Assembly: GCA_951406725.2 (NCBI GenBank)
Contig: OX597815.1
Span: 62,744,001-62,808,000, forward strand
Length of the DNA: 64,000 nt
DNA from: Octopus vulgaris
Lineage: Eukaryota
Reading direction: 5' to 3'
Both the position numbers and the translations under genes were made by a program. Each line of letters opens with the position of its first letter. Within the stretch, counting starts at the first letter, position 1. The notes beneath the pieces were generated by a model. That model had not been told where the DNA came from. It saw nothing but the letters and a program-made list of their open reading frames with translations, and did not search any database. Of this stretch, positions 41,027 through 55,562 are shown one piece after another.

Positions 41027-41234
41027 TCCTTTCTGCTAAAGGAACAAAGCCTGAAATTTTTAGGGGGAGGGGACTAGTCAATTACATCGACCCTAGTGTT
41101 CCACTGGTACTTAATTTATCGACTCCGAAAGGATGAAGGCCAGTTCAACATCGGCGGAATTTGAACTCAGAATGTAAAAACGGACGAAATATCGCCAAGC
41201 ATTTTTCCCGGTGTGCTCACGATTCTGCCAGCTC
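41027..41234 (-). mobile_element. SINE family B
   Basis: Reverse complement of the family B head and core. Confidence 0.85.
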
Positions 41235-41832
41235 GAGGAAGGGGCTCATTCCCAGCACAAAGATCAGTGGGGTTACATTATCCCTCTGGAAGATTCCTCT
41301 CTTGATTTTCACCTTACCTATACCGGATTCCCTGCTGTCAATTCAGTTCTTCAATATTTCATACTGTTCCATATAAGGATTGTTGTGTTCTCTGCTACTC
41401 CATTATTCTTATTATCCAAGAGTGTGGTATCATATCGTATGCTTTACGAAAGTTAATCCGTGCGAGGCTCAGGTTTGTGTGTCTTCTCTTGGAGTTTCAG
41501 ATAATTAGATTATCAATTAACAGCAGGTCTTTTGTTCCCCTGTTTCCCTTTCGGTACCCTATCAGTTCAATAACTAGCAACCCACTTTTTTCTAAGTTTC
41601 TATACAGTTCACCGGCCAAAGCACCTGACAATAGTTTCCACATTAGCGGAAGAAACATTATTGGTCGAAAGTTAGGTGCTGTATTACCCTTTTCAGGCTC
41701 CTTAGCACATAATGTCTTTCCCTTTGTCATCCAGCTGGGTACTGCGCCTTCTTGCAACCACTCATCTAGCTGTTGTGCTATTCCTCACGCTTGGACCTTA
41801 TCCGGCACTGGGCTCTTCCAATTTGGGAATTT
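41235..41832 (-). mobile_element. R4/Dong-clade RT N-terminal fragment
   Basis: PSWMTKGKT..NFRPIMFLPLMWKLLSG..RGTKDLLLID. Confidence 0.75.
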
Positions 41833-41844
41833 TCTTACTCTTTA

Positions 41845-42053
41845 CTCTTTACTCTTTTACTTGTTTCAGTCATTTGACTGCGGCCATGCTGGAGCACCGC
41901 CTTTAATCGAGCAACTCGACCTCAGGACTTATTCTTTTGGAAGCCCAGTACTTATTCTATCGCTCTCTTTTGCCGAACCGCTAAGTAACGGGGACATAAA
42001 CACACCAGCATCGGTTGTCAAGCAATGCTAGGGGGACAAACACAGACACACGA

Positions 42054-42090
<37 letters not shown>

Positions 42091-42240
42091 CGACGGGCTT
42101 CTTTCAGTTTCCGTCTACCAAATCCACTCTTAAGGCTTTGGTCGGCCCGAGGCTATAGTAGAAGACACTTGCCCAAGGTGCCACGCATGGGACTGAACCA
42201 TGTGGTTGGTAAACAAGCTACTTACCACACAGCCTCTCCT
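41845..42240 (-). mobile_element. SINE family A
   Basis: Near full-length match to 31-504. Confidence 0.9.
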
Positions 42241-42626
42241 TAATTACTTTTTATAAAAAAATTCTGTAGTTATTTATTTGTTGTCTTGGCCTTCTATATT
42301 TCTTAACCTATCTTGGATTTCATGCAGATTCCTCCCCAGAATTCCCTGCTTGCCTATGCATCCGGTGTCATTGTTCCCGAAACAGTCTTTTCCTGATTTG
42401 CTTCAAACTGTCTGTTCTGCTTGAATTGTTTTGCTCTATTATTATTACTTTTAAATGTGGCGAATTGCCAGAATCTTTAATGTCTCGCACAAAATGTTGA
42501 GTGGAATTTTCTAAGTCATGACGTTCGGAGTTCAAATTTCACCGAGTAACTGACTGACTGATTGATTGATTGATAAACATGTAACAGGCAGGTAGATAAA
42601 AGAGAGAGAGAGACAGAGACAGAGAC

Positions 42627-42685
<59 letters not shown>

Positions 42686-43284
42686 AACGGAGATACAATA
42701 TGAGACGAAATGGTAGGATGAACAAATGAAGTGACTCAGTTTTTCTTAGTGTAGGAGTAAATTTGAGTGTAATATTTATAGGGGATAATTAAGGGGAAAT
42801 TAGAAGGCGATTAAAACGTGATTTGTACATAAATGAATACTCACTCAAACACACATATGTTTGCATACAGACACATAAATCTATGTGCATAGACATATAT
42901 AAACAAGCAAGCACATATGCACACACATTAAATACGTACTTTGACATGCACTAAAACATCTTACAGTTATATATACTTGTGTAAATACACACGGACTTTA
43001 TACAAGTTTAAAGGAGTACGCAATAAATGACAGTAAAAGTAAATATGTGTTGTGATGTGAAATTGAAATGGGTGTATGGAAAAGTATATAAATATGTTAA
43101 ATACTTAGCGCTGGCTGATTTAGTACCAAGCGTTAGGTTACAACAGGAAGTAAAACATTAAGTTACATGTCTATATAGAATATATATTTCAGAGGAAATG
43201 TCTAAGATTTATTTAAATGGAGTAAAAATTAATTTTGCTTTGGGTGTAATATTCAGTATGAACTGAGGCGGAGGGGCAAGTTTT

Positions 43285-43683
43285 GGTAGTGGCTGTGTGG
43301 TAAGTAGCTTTCTTACCAACCACATAGTTCCGTGTTCAGTTCCACTGCGCGGTAACTTGAGCAAGTGTCTTCTACTATAGCGTTGGGACGACCAAAGCCT
43401 TGTGAGTGGATTTGGCAGACGGAAACTGAAAGAAGCCCGTCGTATATATATATATATATGTATATATTACGTGTGTGTATGTGTTTGTGTGTCTGTGTTT
43501 GTCCCCCAACATCGCTTGACAATCTATGCTGGTGTGTTCACGTCCCCGTAACTTTAAGGTTCGGCAAAAGAGAGCGATAGAATAAGTACTAGGCTTACAA
43601 ACAATAAGTCCTGGGGTCCATTTGCTCGACAAAAGGCGGTGCTCCACCATGGCGGCTGTCAAATTACTGAAACAAGTAAAAGC
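43285..43683 (+). mobile_element. SINE family A
   Basis: GTGGCTGTGTGGTAAG..GTTCAGTTCC head; tail ..CTGAAACAAGTAAAAG. Confidence 0.9.
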
Positions 43684-43684
43684 G

Positions 43685-43717
<33 letters not shown>

Positions 43718-43824
43718 TATACACACACACACACACACATACACACACACATACACACACACACACACACACACATATATGTGTGTGTGTGTATGTGTGT
43801 GTTTGTGTGTATGTGTGTGTGTGT

Positions 43825-43864
<40 letters not shown>

Positions 43865-43953
43865 AAATACAAAAGGTGACAACAAAACATCCAGATAGAC
43901 GATACAAAAAACAGCCTTTTATCTTCAGTCAAGAACCTGATCATCATCATCAT

Positions 43954-44045
<92 letters not shown>

Positions 44046-44784
44046 TTTATTTGTGTATAAGGCTGCCATTATTTTCATGCTAAGAAAATATTTGTTGGAA
44101 CATTAGCTGCATTTTTTTTCGTAAACTAGTTTGTAATATTCATGCTGTGGAAGTTATTTTTTAATGGGATCGATAATATTTTTGCTTCTTATGTCGAAAC
44201 GAGATGAAGTTGAAAAGTTGCCCACATTAATCTTCTCTGTCACACGTGTGGCAACTTAGTCTTCTTTGCGTCCCACCTTATTTCTGTGAGCGAATGTGTG
44301 AAAAGTTCTCTCGTCTTTTGACCTAGTCTCAACAAAGGGCACATTCTTAGCGGCATTTCGTCTTCACGCTCTGAGTTCAACTTCATCCGAGGTTAACTTT
44401 CCCTTTCATCTTTTCGGGATCGATAAAAAAGGACCAGGAACCCTATGGCAGGAACGTTATGTTTAAAAAATATAATTAGATACAATTAAAAATTATTTAT
44501 TTAAGAAACTCTTTTAACAAATTAATACACACACATGTATACAGATATATCTTACATATATCTATATACATATACATACATGTGCGTGCGTGCGTGTGTG
44601 TGTGTTGTGTCATACGGAAGGCTCCTTTTCTCCATAAATAAATAGAATAACATGAAAAGGAAAGAAATGTTATAAGTTTGAAAAATATAAACAAGAAAGA
44701 GGATCGATGCAAAGGCAAAGAAAAAGTGTACGATGATGGTGATGGTGATGGTGGTGGCGCTAGTAGTTGTGGTGATGAGGATAT

Positions 44785-44833
<49 letters not shown>

Positions 44834-46028
44834 CAAATATATATATATATATATATATATATGCATGGAAGCCGAAGTGATTGACAACATAAAGTGTAGC
44901 CAGAGGTGGCCATCACTGGTGGAGATGACGTCGTGTCAAGGCGGGAAACTTTGTGGTGGCCATGTTCCAAACCAACAACCTTGAAGCATGCCGTGTGCCA
45001 AACCTTAATTAATTCACTCCACTATATGCCAGTAATCGCTTCTCATAAGTTCTGCTTCTTTCTGCTCTCACATATATATAATACATAGACATAAGACACG
45101 AGCGTACGCACGCACGTATGCGCGTGGGCGCGCGCCCGCGAACACACACACGTACACACACACTCACACACGTATAGACACAGCGCGCATACATACACAT
45201 AAATACAGTACGAACATACGGAAACACTAGACATGCACCCAGAAATACAGAACTCAAATTCACACAAACACAACACACATATACACATGTACACATCACA
45301 CACATACATGCACACAAACACACACACACATACACACCAACAGAGAGACAACATTCATACGCACATAGACACGGTACACACAAATACTCATAGATACAAC
45401 GGACATATGCATACATAGAGAGAGATGCAGAGAAGAAACGTTTAAGAGGGAGAAACAGAAAGAGACAGAGAGAGACAGCGATAGAGAAAGGCGGAGGGAG
45501 AAGAGAAGAGAGTTGGTTGGTGAAAGACAGAGAGATAGTAAGAATATATGTTCACAAATCGATCCACGGTTGTTTGAACACCCCTTCAACTAAAATGTGT
45601 AGTAATACCTAAGACTTTTGAGGTACATGACTCTTCCCCACGGTTTTTAATTATTTGAATTCAGGTTTTGAACTTGAGAAAAATCTTGCATATTTTTACT
45701 AGTCCACTTACAGACTGTGTTCGTAATGTCCGAATTAGTTGGTTGAGTTCTTTTTTGAAAACCTTAGCTTATCCAGATTGCCAGTTGTTATGGTGTTGTG
45801 GTGCCAGTTTTAGAAATTGCATGGGCGTGTGAAGCCGAAAATGGCTGCCATTTAAGCAATGCCATTTTTCATATGTGATGTAGTGGTGTTGCAAAATTTG
45901 ATTTGTGCATATTAATTTCCATTACATTCTTTATATTGTATCAACATTTCATACATATATTTGTAAAGTTAAGGAAGTTATTAAAAACTGAAACTCGTCA
46001 GTGACTTTTCGGACACACTGTATATATC

Positions 46029-46135
<107 letters not shown>

Positions 46136-46283
46136 GATGAGTGTACTTTTACCCTGTTAACAATTAACACGGAAAAAATAAATAAATTGTTACCAGGGTA
46201 GCAAAAAATCTCACAAGTAAAGAGATTGTAACTCCTTGTTTATAAAGGTAGAAACTTCGTGTTTACGTGGAATTATTTGTATA

Positions 46284-46408
46284 ATATATGAATAAATAAA
46301 TGGAGTTTAACGCAGGTATAAATCAAATATTTATATTTCGAAACATGTGTTGAAAGTAAAAATATTTGATTTATACCTGCGTTAAACTCCATTTATTTAT
46401 TCATATAT
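46284..46408. repeat. Perfect inverted repeat, about 49-bp arms
   Basis: 46284-46332 versus 46360-46408. Confidence 0.93.
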
Positions 46409-46983
46409 GGATATATATATAAATATATATATATATAAATATGTACACATTGACAAAGAGTACAATCAAAATTTAAGAGAAATAAGCAATAATTATAATT
46501 CCTTGTGGACTTTTGTCTGTCCAAAGGATCATTTAGAGGAAGACTCGTATTGTAGACCGAGAGTCATTTGGTTAGACTCTAACTTTGGTTAAGCCACAAT
46601 GTACACATAAAGAGAAAAACAAATCAGAATGGTCAGATCATGAAATATTTTGTCCGTAACATCATGTTACTAAATATCTTATGTCCCTTATTTAGTTCAT
46701 GTGTGTGTATCTATGTATTCGTACATATATACATGCATCTATATATATTCACACGCACGCGCACACACGCATCACACACACGCGCGCACATTAGGAGAGA
46801 GAGAGCCACATTGGGAGAGGAGATTTCAGGGAATGAAAGTGTAGCAAAACTAACTGCAGTGCCCTAGCATGGCCGCAGCTATCGTGCTGAAACTTGTAAA
46901 AGAGTGTATGTATGTGTATATTTAAAACCGGCGAACTTGGATACTGACATCCCTCTAAGAGAATTTTATATCCTTGACTTAAC

Positions 46984-47024
<41 letters not shown>

Positions 47025-47198
47025 TACGATATGTACTTGCATGGCAAGTGACCTGATCTGAGACCATATGCTGAAACAAAAACACAGGTCACGGTCTCAA
47101 AGCGACGAAAATATTTTGGCACATTAAATTTAAATGTTGAAGTGAATCTAACAGTTTTTGTGTTTTTACATGGCTTATAAACACCTTTTCACGCTGCA

Positions 47199-47240
<42 letters not shown>

Positions 47241-47359
47241 CTAGCAATATAACCTGGTTTTGTCCGGGATTAAGCTAATCAATTTTTTTAATTTCAAACC
47301 AAACAAAAATAACACCGACGTCAAATTTGGGCGAAATCCGTTGAAATTGTTTATATATA

Positions 47360-47458
<99 letters not shown>

Positions 47459-47814
47459 GGGCAACACATATACACACACGTACATACACCTATTGCATAG
47501 ATGTTTTTTGTACGCATACATGTTCATGTGTATGTGTGTGTGTGTGTGTGTTGCCCGTATATCAACAAAACACTTTTTTCCTCGATAGAAAAAAAAACAG
47601 AAGTCTTAACAAAAACTTACTCGCCTCTAGAAGGGGACTTAACTCCTGTTTGCAAACAATGGTGATTTCTCCGACTTGAGAATTGTTAAAAGTTTTGGTG
47701 CCTCTGGGGAAAATAAGTTGACGAAAATACGGCTAGGATCATAACGAATGTCCTCTTAAAATTGGAGCGACATGCGAGCTAATTTGTGGATGTGCATAAA
47801 TTATATTTCACATA

Positions 47815-47855
<41 letters not shown>

Positions 47856-47894
47856 ACATCCTGCCTTTCATACATACAAATATATATATATATA

Positions 47895-49194
47895 CTAGTA
47901 GAGATACCCGGCGCTGCCAGGTTACATTCAATTGAAGAATTAGACTTTTATGTTATATTTTCTGTAATGAACTGGAATATCTATGTTTCGAATTTCATCA
48001 AAATTGCAGATCAGGGTTATTTCCCTCTTTACACACCCTAAAATATTGTAATCGTGCCATATTTATCCTATACTACTGGTTTTTATGCGCATATTCCAAT
48101 ATTGCAGTCTTATTGAACCTGTTAAAAAGATTTTGCTCCTGAAAAATGAAGGTCATGGAGCTCTAAAATGCGAGAGTTAAGGCTTCTATTGGGGGTGGGT
48201 ATCTTAATGTCAACCAGAGAAGTTGAATTGTTGAGAATCTTTTTAACTTGGGTCTTATACCTATTGTTTGAATTTCTTTGAAATAGGAAATATATGTTCA
48301 GTGGGTTTGTAAAAGAGAGCAAAGCTACAGGAAACCAAAAGACGAATGATCACAATAAGCAGTCAGTTACCCTATCCTAGTCGTTACCGATCCCAATGTA
48401 GGATTCCTCACTATCCAGGTGACAGGCACAGCCGTAAGATGCATTACGAATCTATAGCAATTGGAAGGGCGTGACCCAACTGAAATCAACACTAACAATT
48501 GTGTGACGTGAGGGCTAAGAAGACCTCTGGAGTTTGCAAATTACCACTATACTGATACGTAACTGGACAGAATAAAATTACAATCTATAAATGTCTTTGA
48601 ATAACCAGTCATTCATCTGGGAAGGCCTTGAAATCAATGTTACCCTCTGGGGACTATGTGTGACGGAGTGATAATAAAAAGAGTGAAAGGAGGTGTACAA
48701 TCAAATAACTTTACTCAACAGTTTGCAACTGAATCAGTGGAGCCAAATATGCCTCTCATTTACTTCACAATTTATGCAGCACATTGCAGAAATCACAATG
48801 TAAGTGTATGTCAAAGCAAATTGTTACACTGTTGTACCATTGAATTAGAAATAATGCTCAACCTTTATACTTGGGTAACCCTACAGCTTCCAAGAGCACA
48901 ACTGTATTCGTTTTTGTTTAGATAAAATGACAAAATTGACGGTGTTAAGTCCCCATGGATGGGTCTTTCTAACTTGTAAAAAGATGAAATTTTATAAATA
49001 TTACTTCATTTGTGTCTAATATCTATGGTTAAAATTTCATCAACAGCAAAAATATATGAATTGTCATGGGGGTTATGGCCCTTATGCATAGAATATAATT
49101 TCCAAATTTCATAAAGATTCATTCAGTACTTTTGACCTAGTTTTGGATCATAAAAAATGACTAAAATTTGGGAGTTAAGGCTCCCATCAGGGTG

Positions 49195-49249
<55 letters not shown>

Positions 49250-51144
49250 TACACACACACATACAAAGATAAATTGATAGATACAACTACAACTGAGAGG
49301 GCAAACAAATATATGAGACACAGCCTAGTGCTTTTTTATGTTGATAAGCCTGGTACTTATTCTATTGGTTTGTTCTTGTGAAACCAGTAAGTTATGTGGA
49401 TGTAAATAAATGAACACCAGTTGTGAAGCAGTGATGAGGGCGAAACACAAATACACACACATAGACTTACATATATACATACATATATATACGATTGATT
49501 TGTTTCAGTTCCTGTCTACGAAATCCATATATATTGTTGTTGGCATCCTTTTTGTCTCGGAAGACAATGGAGTTGCGCATAAAATAATCTAGTCCATTTT
49601 TTATTTGGAAGGCGGCTGATGTTGAACCATTGTGCTGTATGGTGCCTTGCATATCATTAGGGAAAGATTTGATGATCCTCAGCAGCTTTGGTGGACATCT
49701 GATTTTTTGGAGCAGGATGAATAGGCCTTTTCTACTTACAAAGTCAAAGGCCTTTGTCAGATCAATGAAGGCCATATATAATGGCATTTTCTGCTCTCTG
49801 GACTTCTCCTGCAGTTGGCGTATGGAGAATATCATGTCAATAGTTGGTCTGCTGCTTCTAAAGCCACACTGCGATTCTGGATAAATTCGAGAAGCAAGCA
49901 GTTGCAGCCTGGACAGGATAATGCGAGCAAAGGCCTTTCCAACAGTGCTTAGAAGAGATATTCCACGGTAATTGTTACAATCACCACGGTCACCTTTGTT
50001 TTTGTAAAGCGTAATGATGTTAGCATCCCGCATATCCTGAGGGATTGTACCCTCTTCCCAGCACTGACACAGAAGATCATGAAGGTGCCGAAGCAGGATG
50101 GTGTTTTTGCCGGTTTTGATGATCTCTAAGGGGATGCCGCCTTTTCCCGGAGCCTTGTTACTTGCTAGGGAGACAATAGCCTTGGTGAGCTCTGCTATAG
50201 ATGGCAGACTGTGAAGTTCGCACATGACTGGCAAGATCTTGAGACCCTCGATTGCAGCCTCAGCTACCGTGGTCTCCCATGAGTAGAGATCCTGGTAGTA
50301 CTCCACCCATCTATCCATCTGCTTGCTTTGGTCCTTAATGAGATCTCCAGTAGTTGATTTCAGAGGGGCTGACTTGGTTGCGGATGGACCGAGGGCCTTC
50401 TTCAAACCAGTATACATCCCACGGGTGTCACCACTGTCAGCAGCTGACTGGATACTCTGACAGATTTCCTGCCAATACCTATTTGCACAGCGTCTGGCCG
50501 TCAGTTGGGTTTTATTTCTTGCCTTTCTGAGTTCTTCGAGTGACCTTGTAGAAGAATCACTCTTGTATAGCATCAGAGCTGCACGCTTTTTTTCGATAAC
50601 TGTTTCCAGCTCTGAGAGCCCAGCACTGAACCCATCTGGGTTTTGCCTTTCTCTCATGCCGAAAGTATCTATTGATATGGTATACAAAGCTTCCCTGATA
50701 TAATTCCACCTACTTTCAGCAGAGAAGGTTGGGCAGCTACTGAGGACAACCTTGATAGAAACAGTAAAATTTTGTCGCAGTGTAGGATCCTAGGTTCTGG
50801 CAGTGTTAATGCGTAGTCGACCCATTTTCTTGGAGTGTTGGACTTTTTAGGCAGAATCCTCCCCTTGCCTCTTATTAGTGAATGCTCTGTGTCACAATCC
50901 GCGCTGTGGTAACTACGGGTCAGTCGAACAGAATTCAGCTGATGCCAGTGGTAAGATCTTGGATGTTTCCAAGATGTCTTGAGGGATGTCTTGTTGGCAA
51001 AGAATGTGTTAGTGATGCACAGGTTATGGTATGTGCAAAATTCAAGTAGTCTCTGACCATTGTCATTCATGTTGCCAATACCAAAACACATATATACATA
51101 CATATATATACGATTGATTTGTTTCAGGTCCTGTCTACGAAATC

Positions 51145-51181
<37 letters not shown>

Positions 51182-51200
51182 ATATATATACATATGCATA

Positions 51201-51282
<82 letters not shown>

Positions 51283-51832
51283 GATAAATTGATAGATACA
51301 ACTGATAGGGCAAAGAAAAATATGAGACACTGCGTAGTGCTTTTTTATATTTTGATAAGCCTGGTACTTATTCTATCAGTTTCTTCTTGTGAGACCAGTA
51401 AGTTATGGGGATGTAAATAAACGAATACCAGTTGTGAAGCATTGATGAGGGAGAAACACAAACACACACACATAGACTTACATATATACATACATATACA
51501 TACAATTGATTTCTTTTAGTTTCTGTCTACAAAATCCACTGACAAGGCTTTGGTTGGTCTGAGGCTAAAGCAGAAGACACAAGTTACCACACAGTGGAAC
51601 TGAACTGAGGACCATGTGTGTGTGAGGGGGTCTATGTGTGTGTATGGGTGTATATATGTATGCATATATATGTGTGTATATATAAGTGTACATATCAGTG
51701 TATATATTACCTTTACATCTATATATATATATATATATATACATCTAGACATACATGTATACACATACATGTATATCTATAGAAATACATCTATACATAT
51801 ACTGCTATACATATATATGTGTACATATACAG

Positions 51833-51887
<55 letters not shown>

Positions 51888-51888
51888 C

Positions 51889-51923
<35 letters not shown>

Positions 51924-52364
51924 CATCCATATATATACATATATATATCTACATCCATATACATACAATAGAGAGATGTCTTTAAAATGATAATGAAATT
52001 ATTGTATACAGTGCGCAGGTGCACCACAACTTTTGTTTCACTTTTAACACGTAAGACTGAAATAGTGGAGAAGATATGATATTGCTGTGGGCTCGCCCTA
52101 GTCAAGAAGTTAATCATTGTTTTTTGCGTATGACGCTACATGGACCCTAAGTAAGGCATGTCTAAACTTTGAATGAAATTGGTTTTATGGATTCATAGTG
52201 GAGAAGATATATTAAGAAGTTAAAAATTTTTTACCCATGACACTCCATGGACCCTAAGTAAGGCATGTGTAAAATTTGAATGAAGTTGGTTACGTAGTGC
52301 TCAAGTTTTAGGGATTCACACTGACAGACAGACAGACACACATTCTCACTTTTATATATATAGA
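47895..52364 (-). mobile_element. Helitron-like composite region (putative)
   Basis: Hairpin plus CTAG-type end at 47895 (ACTAGTAGAGATACCCGGCGCTGCCAGGT) and TC-type end with (ACAG)n near 52364; the block 52030-52345 recurs at 55202-55405; whether the two ends belong to one element is uncertain. Confidence 0.4.
49534..51087 (-). mobile_element. RTE-clade (BovB-like) LINE, 5'-truncated with internal deletion
   Basis: NDNGQRLLEFC..ITNTFF (endonuclease end), KAPGKGG, NNYRGISLLS, PESQCGFR, FIDLTKAFD; 3' tail CCATTGTCTTCCGAGAC..GGATGCCAACAACAA; about 64-bp flanking direct repeat. Confidence 0.92.
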
Positions 52365-53204
52365 CGAGAAAAATAGTAATAGGAAAGGACAGAGAGATTA
52401 TGAATCGTGTTGCGAATATTATTTGGCTGAAAATGAATTCTGTCGAATTTATAAGAAAGCAGACAGCTTGAAGGATGAAGGTATCAAGGTATCAGTGATG
52501 GTATAGTGGTGTGGGGTCGTTTGAATTGTAGGTACGCTATGAAGGTAAGAGGTGAAGTGGATGACAATATACTTCACTTAATAAGGTAGCATGTGGTAAA
52601 TATCTGTTACCATCTTCCATTGTCCCGTAGTGAGAAGTAAGTTTTATTTCCCTGTGTTGGGAATGAAATGAGAATGAGATGTAAGGGAACAATGTTTTTG
52701 AGATTCCTGTTCGAATGTAAGGCAGGTTTGAAAGTGGTGTTATCCTAGATTCACCGTCTTTGTCGGTGATCATTCCGAAATAGGTTTGTATTTCTTCCAT
52801 TTTAATTTTAATGAGTTCGCGCCCGCCGACGGCTGCAGCGAAATTCATTTTTGGTCTTTCTTCTATCGAAGACATTTTAACAAAAATGCTTCCGTATAAA
52901 CGGTGAAAATATTGTCAATTTCCTCAAACAGGGACACAATTCAATTTTTAAACAATAACCAAAGCTCCTTCTCCCAAAGGGGGAGGGTTACGGTTTACAA
53001 TTATTTAACAAATGCATTACAACCACGCTTCCATTACGAGGAACCAGCAAACGTGATAACCATAGTTAAACAGTAATAATAATAACAACAAACCTTACGG
53101 TGAATCAAAAAGCAGTACTCAGTAGAAGCTATAGTCCTTTATGTATAAGAAATAAACCAAAAGCAGTACTCAGTAGAAGCGTATGTTCGAGAAAACAGAC
53201 ATTA

Positions 53205-54840
53205 CTTATATTTTATTACCCATAAAGTGCTTACATAGAGGGGGAAATTACAAACATTGAGGACACAAAACATCAGAAAAATACAGAAACTTATGAAAGA
53301 TGAAAAATTGTGAAAATGAGAAATGAAAGCGATGTTAACGGCCCCATCTGATAACATCACTTACCTGTCCTTCTTCCCTATATCGGTATAAAAAACATGT
53401 AGTCCTCCAGTTTCATCTCATATATTTCTTCGAGTTCATATCTCTTATCCGGTTCAATTGTTTTCCTAATCAATTTATAAATTTTTAAAGTTTTTCCTTG
53501 AGTTCTTTTTCTTGGTCCTCTGATATTACTACATACATCAACCCCGCCATATCCCAGCTGTCTTGCAATTCCACCTTTCCCCAGTCCCTCAATATTTCAC
53601 GTATTTCTTCCTTGTTTATTACACTTAATATATGGGGACGAGATTTTTTAAAGTTATCCTGTGTGTCTGTGTTATCTTTTTTTTTGTTTTCTTGTTGGTG
53701 GGGAGCGAAAGGGTTCCGTGTCTGCAGGAGAAGGGTGGGCTATAAAGGGTGCGGATGGTGATGGGTTGGGGTTCAGAACAGTTTGCCTTTTTCTCCTTCT
53801 CTTCTCCTTCTTCCCATGGATTCCCATTCTGCTGGTAATTCCTCCTCATCCACTTGCTTCTCTTCCGCTGTATTCTGCTCCTCCTGGGGCTCTTCTACCT
53901 ATCTTACTGGTTCTTGTCTTTGTTCTTTTTTGGGGGGAGGACAGTTAGCTCTTATGTGGCACTTCAAGCCGCATTTGTAACAACGAGGAGCTCTACCCTC
54001 CACCCATACTCTCATAATGATGTTTCCCATTGCTATATTCTCGGCCAGTTGTTCCAACACCTCCGATTCCGCCTGGACTGCTCCAGTACTGCTCCTCTCC
54101 ATCCTCCCTCGTCCTTCACCATGGCATGAAGAATGTCCACCTTATCTTCATTAGCACTGATGATGGCTGCTACAATCCACTCTCTGTTTATGTCTGGTGG
54201 TATTCCCTCCACCCTGATCCGGGTCGTCCTACTTCCCAGATACGAGTGTAGAATGAATACCTTCTCCGACTTTATTGTTTTCGCCGCCATTCTCCTTGCC
54301 ACTTTTTCGGTTTTAAATTGTACAACCACGGTGCCGAACCCAACGCCTCTTGCGAGAAACCCTACCTCCTCTTCTGTCATTCTCAGTGCTTCTTCTACCA
54401 TTTCCATGCCGGCCAAATCTATTCTCCTTTTTTCGTTGGTGAATACTCTATACGTAATGGTCCTCTTCTCATACCAGTCTCTTCTTTTCCTTGGCGGCGA
54501 CAATTCAACTTCACCGCCGACCTTCGTAACAAATTCTTGATAACCTGGCAACTTAGCCAGGTCTATCTTTTTTTCCGTTGACTTCGTCACTCGCGCGTAT
54601 GTTGTTTTTTCTCCGAGTGCTCTGTCCAATTTCCTCACTGCCTTTTCCAGTTCCTCCTCAGAGGTCGACAGGTCCGACTCACTGAGGCTTGTAAAAACAT
54701 TTTTCCTTGCCATTTCCTCCCTTAGGGAGGGGCAAACTGTTTTTTCCTTGTCTGTCTCAATACAGATAGACAAAATTCAACAACACCGCTTAACAAAATT
54801 TAATAAAGAATAACAGGCAAAGCAATTACACACAGGTTCC
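53205..54840 (-). mobile_element. ORF1-only non-LTR retroelement (gag-like CCHC zinc knuckle), frameshifted
   Basis: ORFs 54033-54773, 53899-54102 (CYKCGLKCHIRANC) and 53625-53849, continuing to about 53360; short 3' UTR ending GGGTAATAAAA; no ORF2. Confidence 0.75.
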
Positions 54841-55407
54841 AAAAAACGACTACAGCCAAACTTCATATAGATACTTAATGCTAGCTAATTAGCAGATACT
54901 CTAATGTAAAAGCCATGGTAATGAGTATGTGCACAGCTCCATCTGGACTATTTCATTTCTGCACTTTAATTTTATTATTAATTTATTCCCATTCATGTGA
55001 AACCACTTATTCAAGTTCATGTCATTGATGCAATTTTATACCAATTGCTATTTTTACTTTTAATTGTTGTGTTACGATTTAATTATTATATTTTACTTTA
55101 GTTTGAATTTAATTATTATTTACTACATAGAATTCAATTGTTATTATTATCTCTAATTTTTATTGTTAAAATGAAAGTATCTGACATAAAATGGAGAGAT
55201 GTTTTTGTTTCACTTTTAACACGTAATACTGAAATAGTGGAGAAGAAATGATATTGCTATGGGCTCGCCCTAGGCAAGAAGTTGAACATTTTTTTGCCCA
55301 CGACACTCCATGGACACTAAGTAAGGCATGTGTAAAATGTGAATGAAATTGGTTGTGTAGTTCTCAAGTTTTAGGGAAACACACAGACAGACAGACACAC
55401 ATTCTTA

Positions 55408-55479
<72 letters not shown>

Positions 55480-55562
55480 TATATATATACATATATATAT
55501 ACAGATATATATATATTTTAATTGATTGCTTTTCGCAGGAAGGAAAGTTTTCTTGTCGAAGA

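Noticed and set aside
49428-49450. GTGATGAGGGCGAAACAC hammerhead-like string (also at about 51440)
   Set aside because: A mutated variant of ordinary SINE A sequence; no helices
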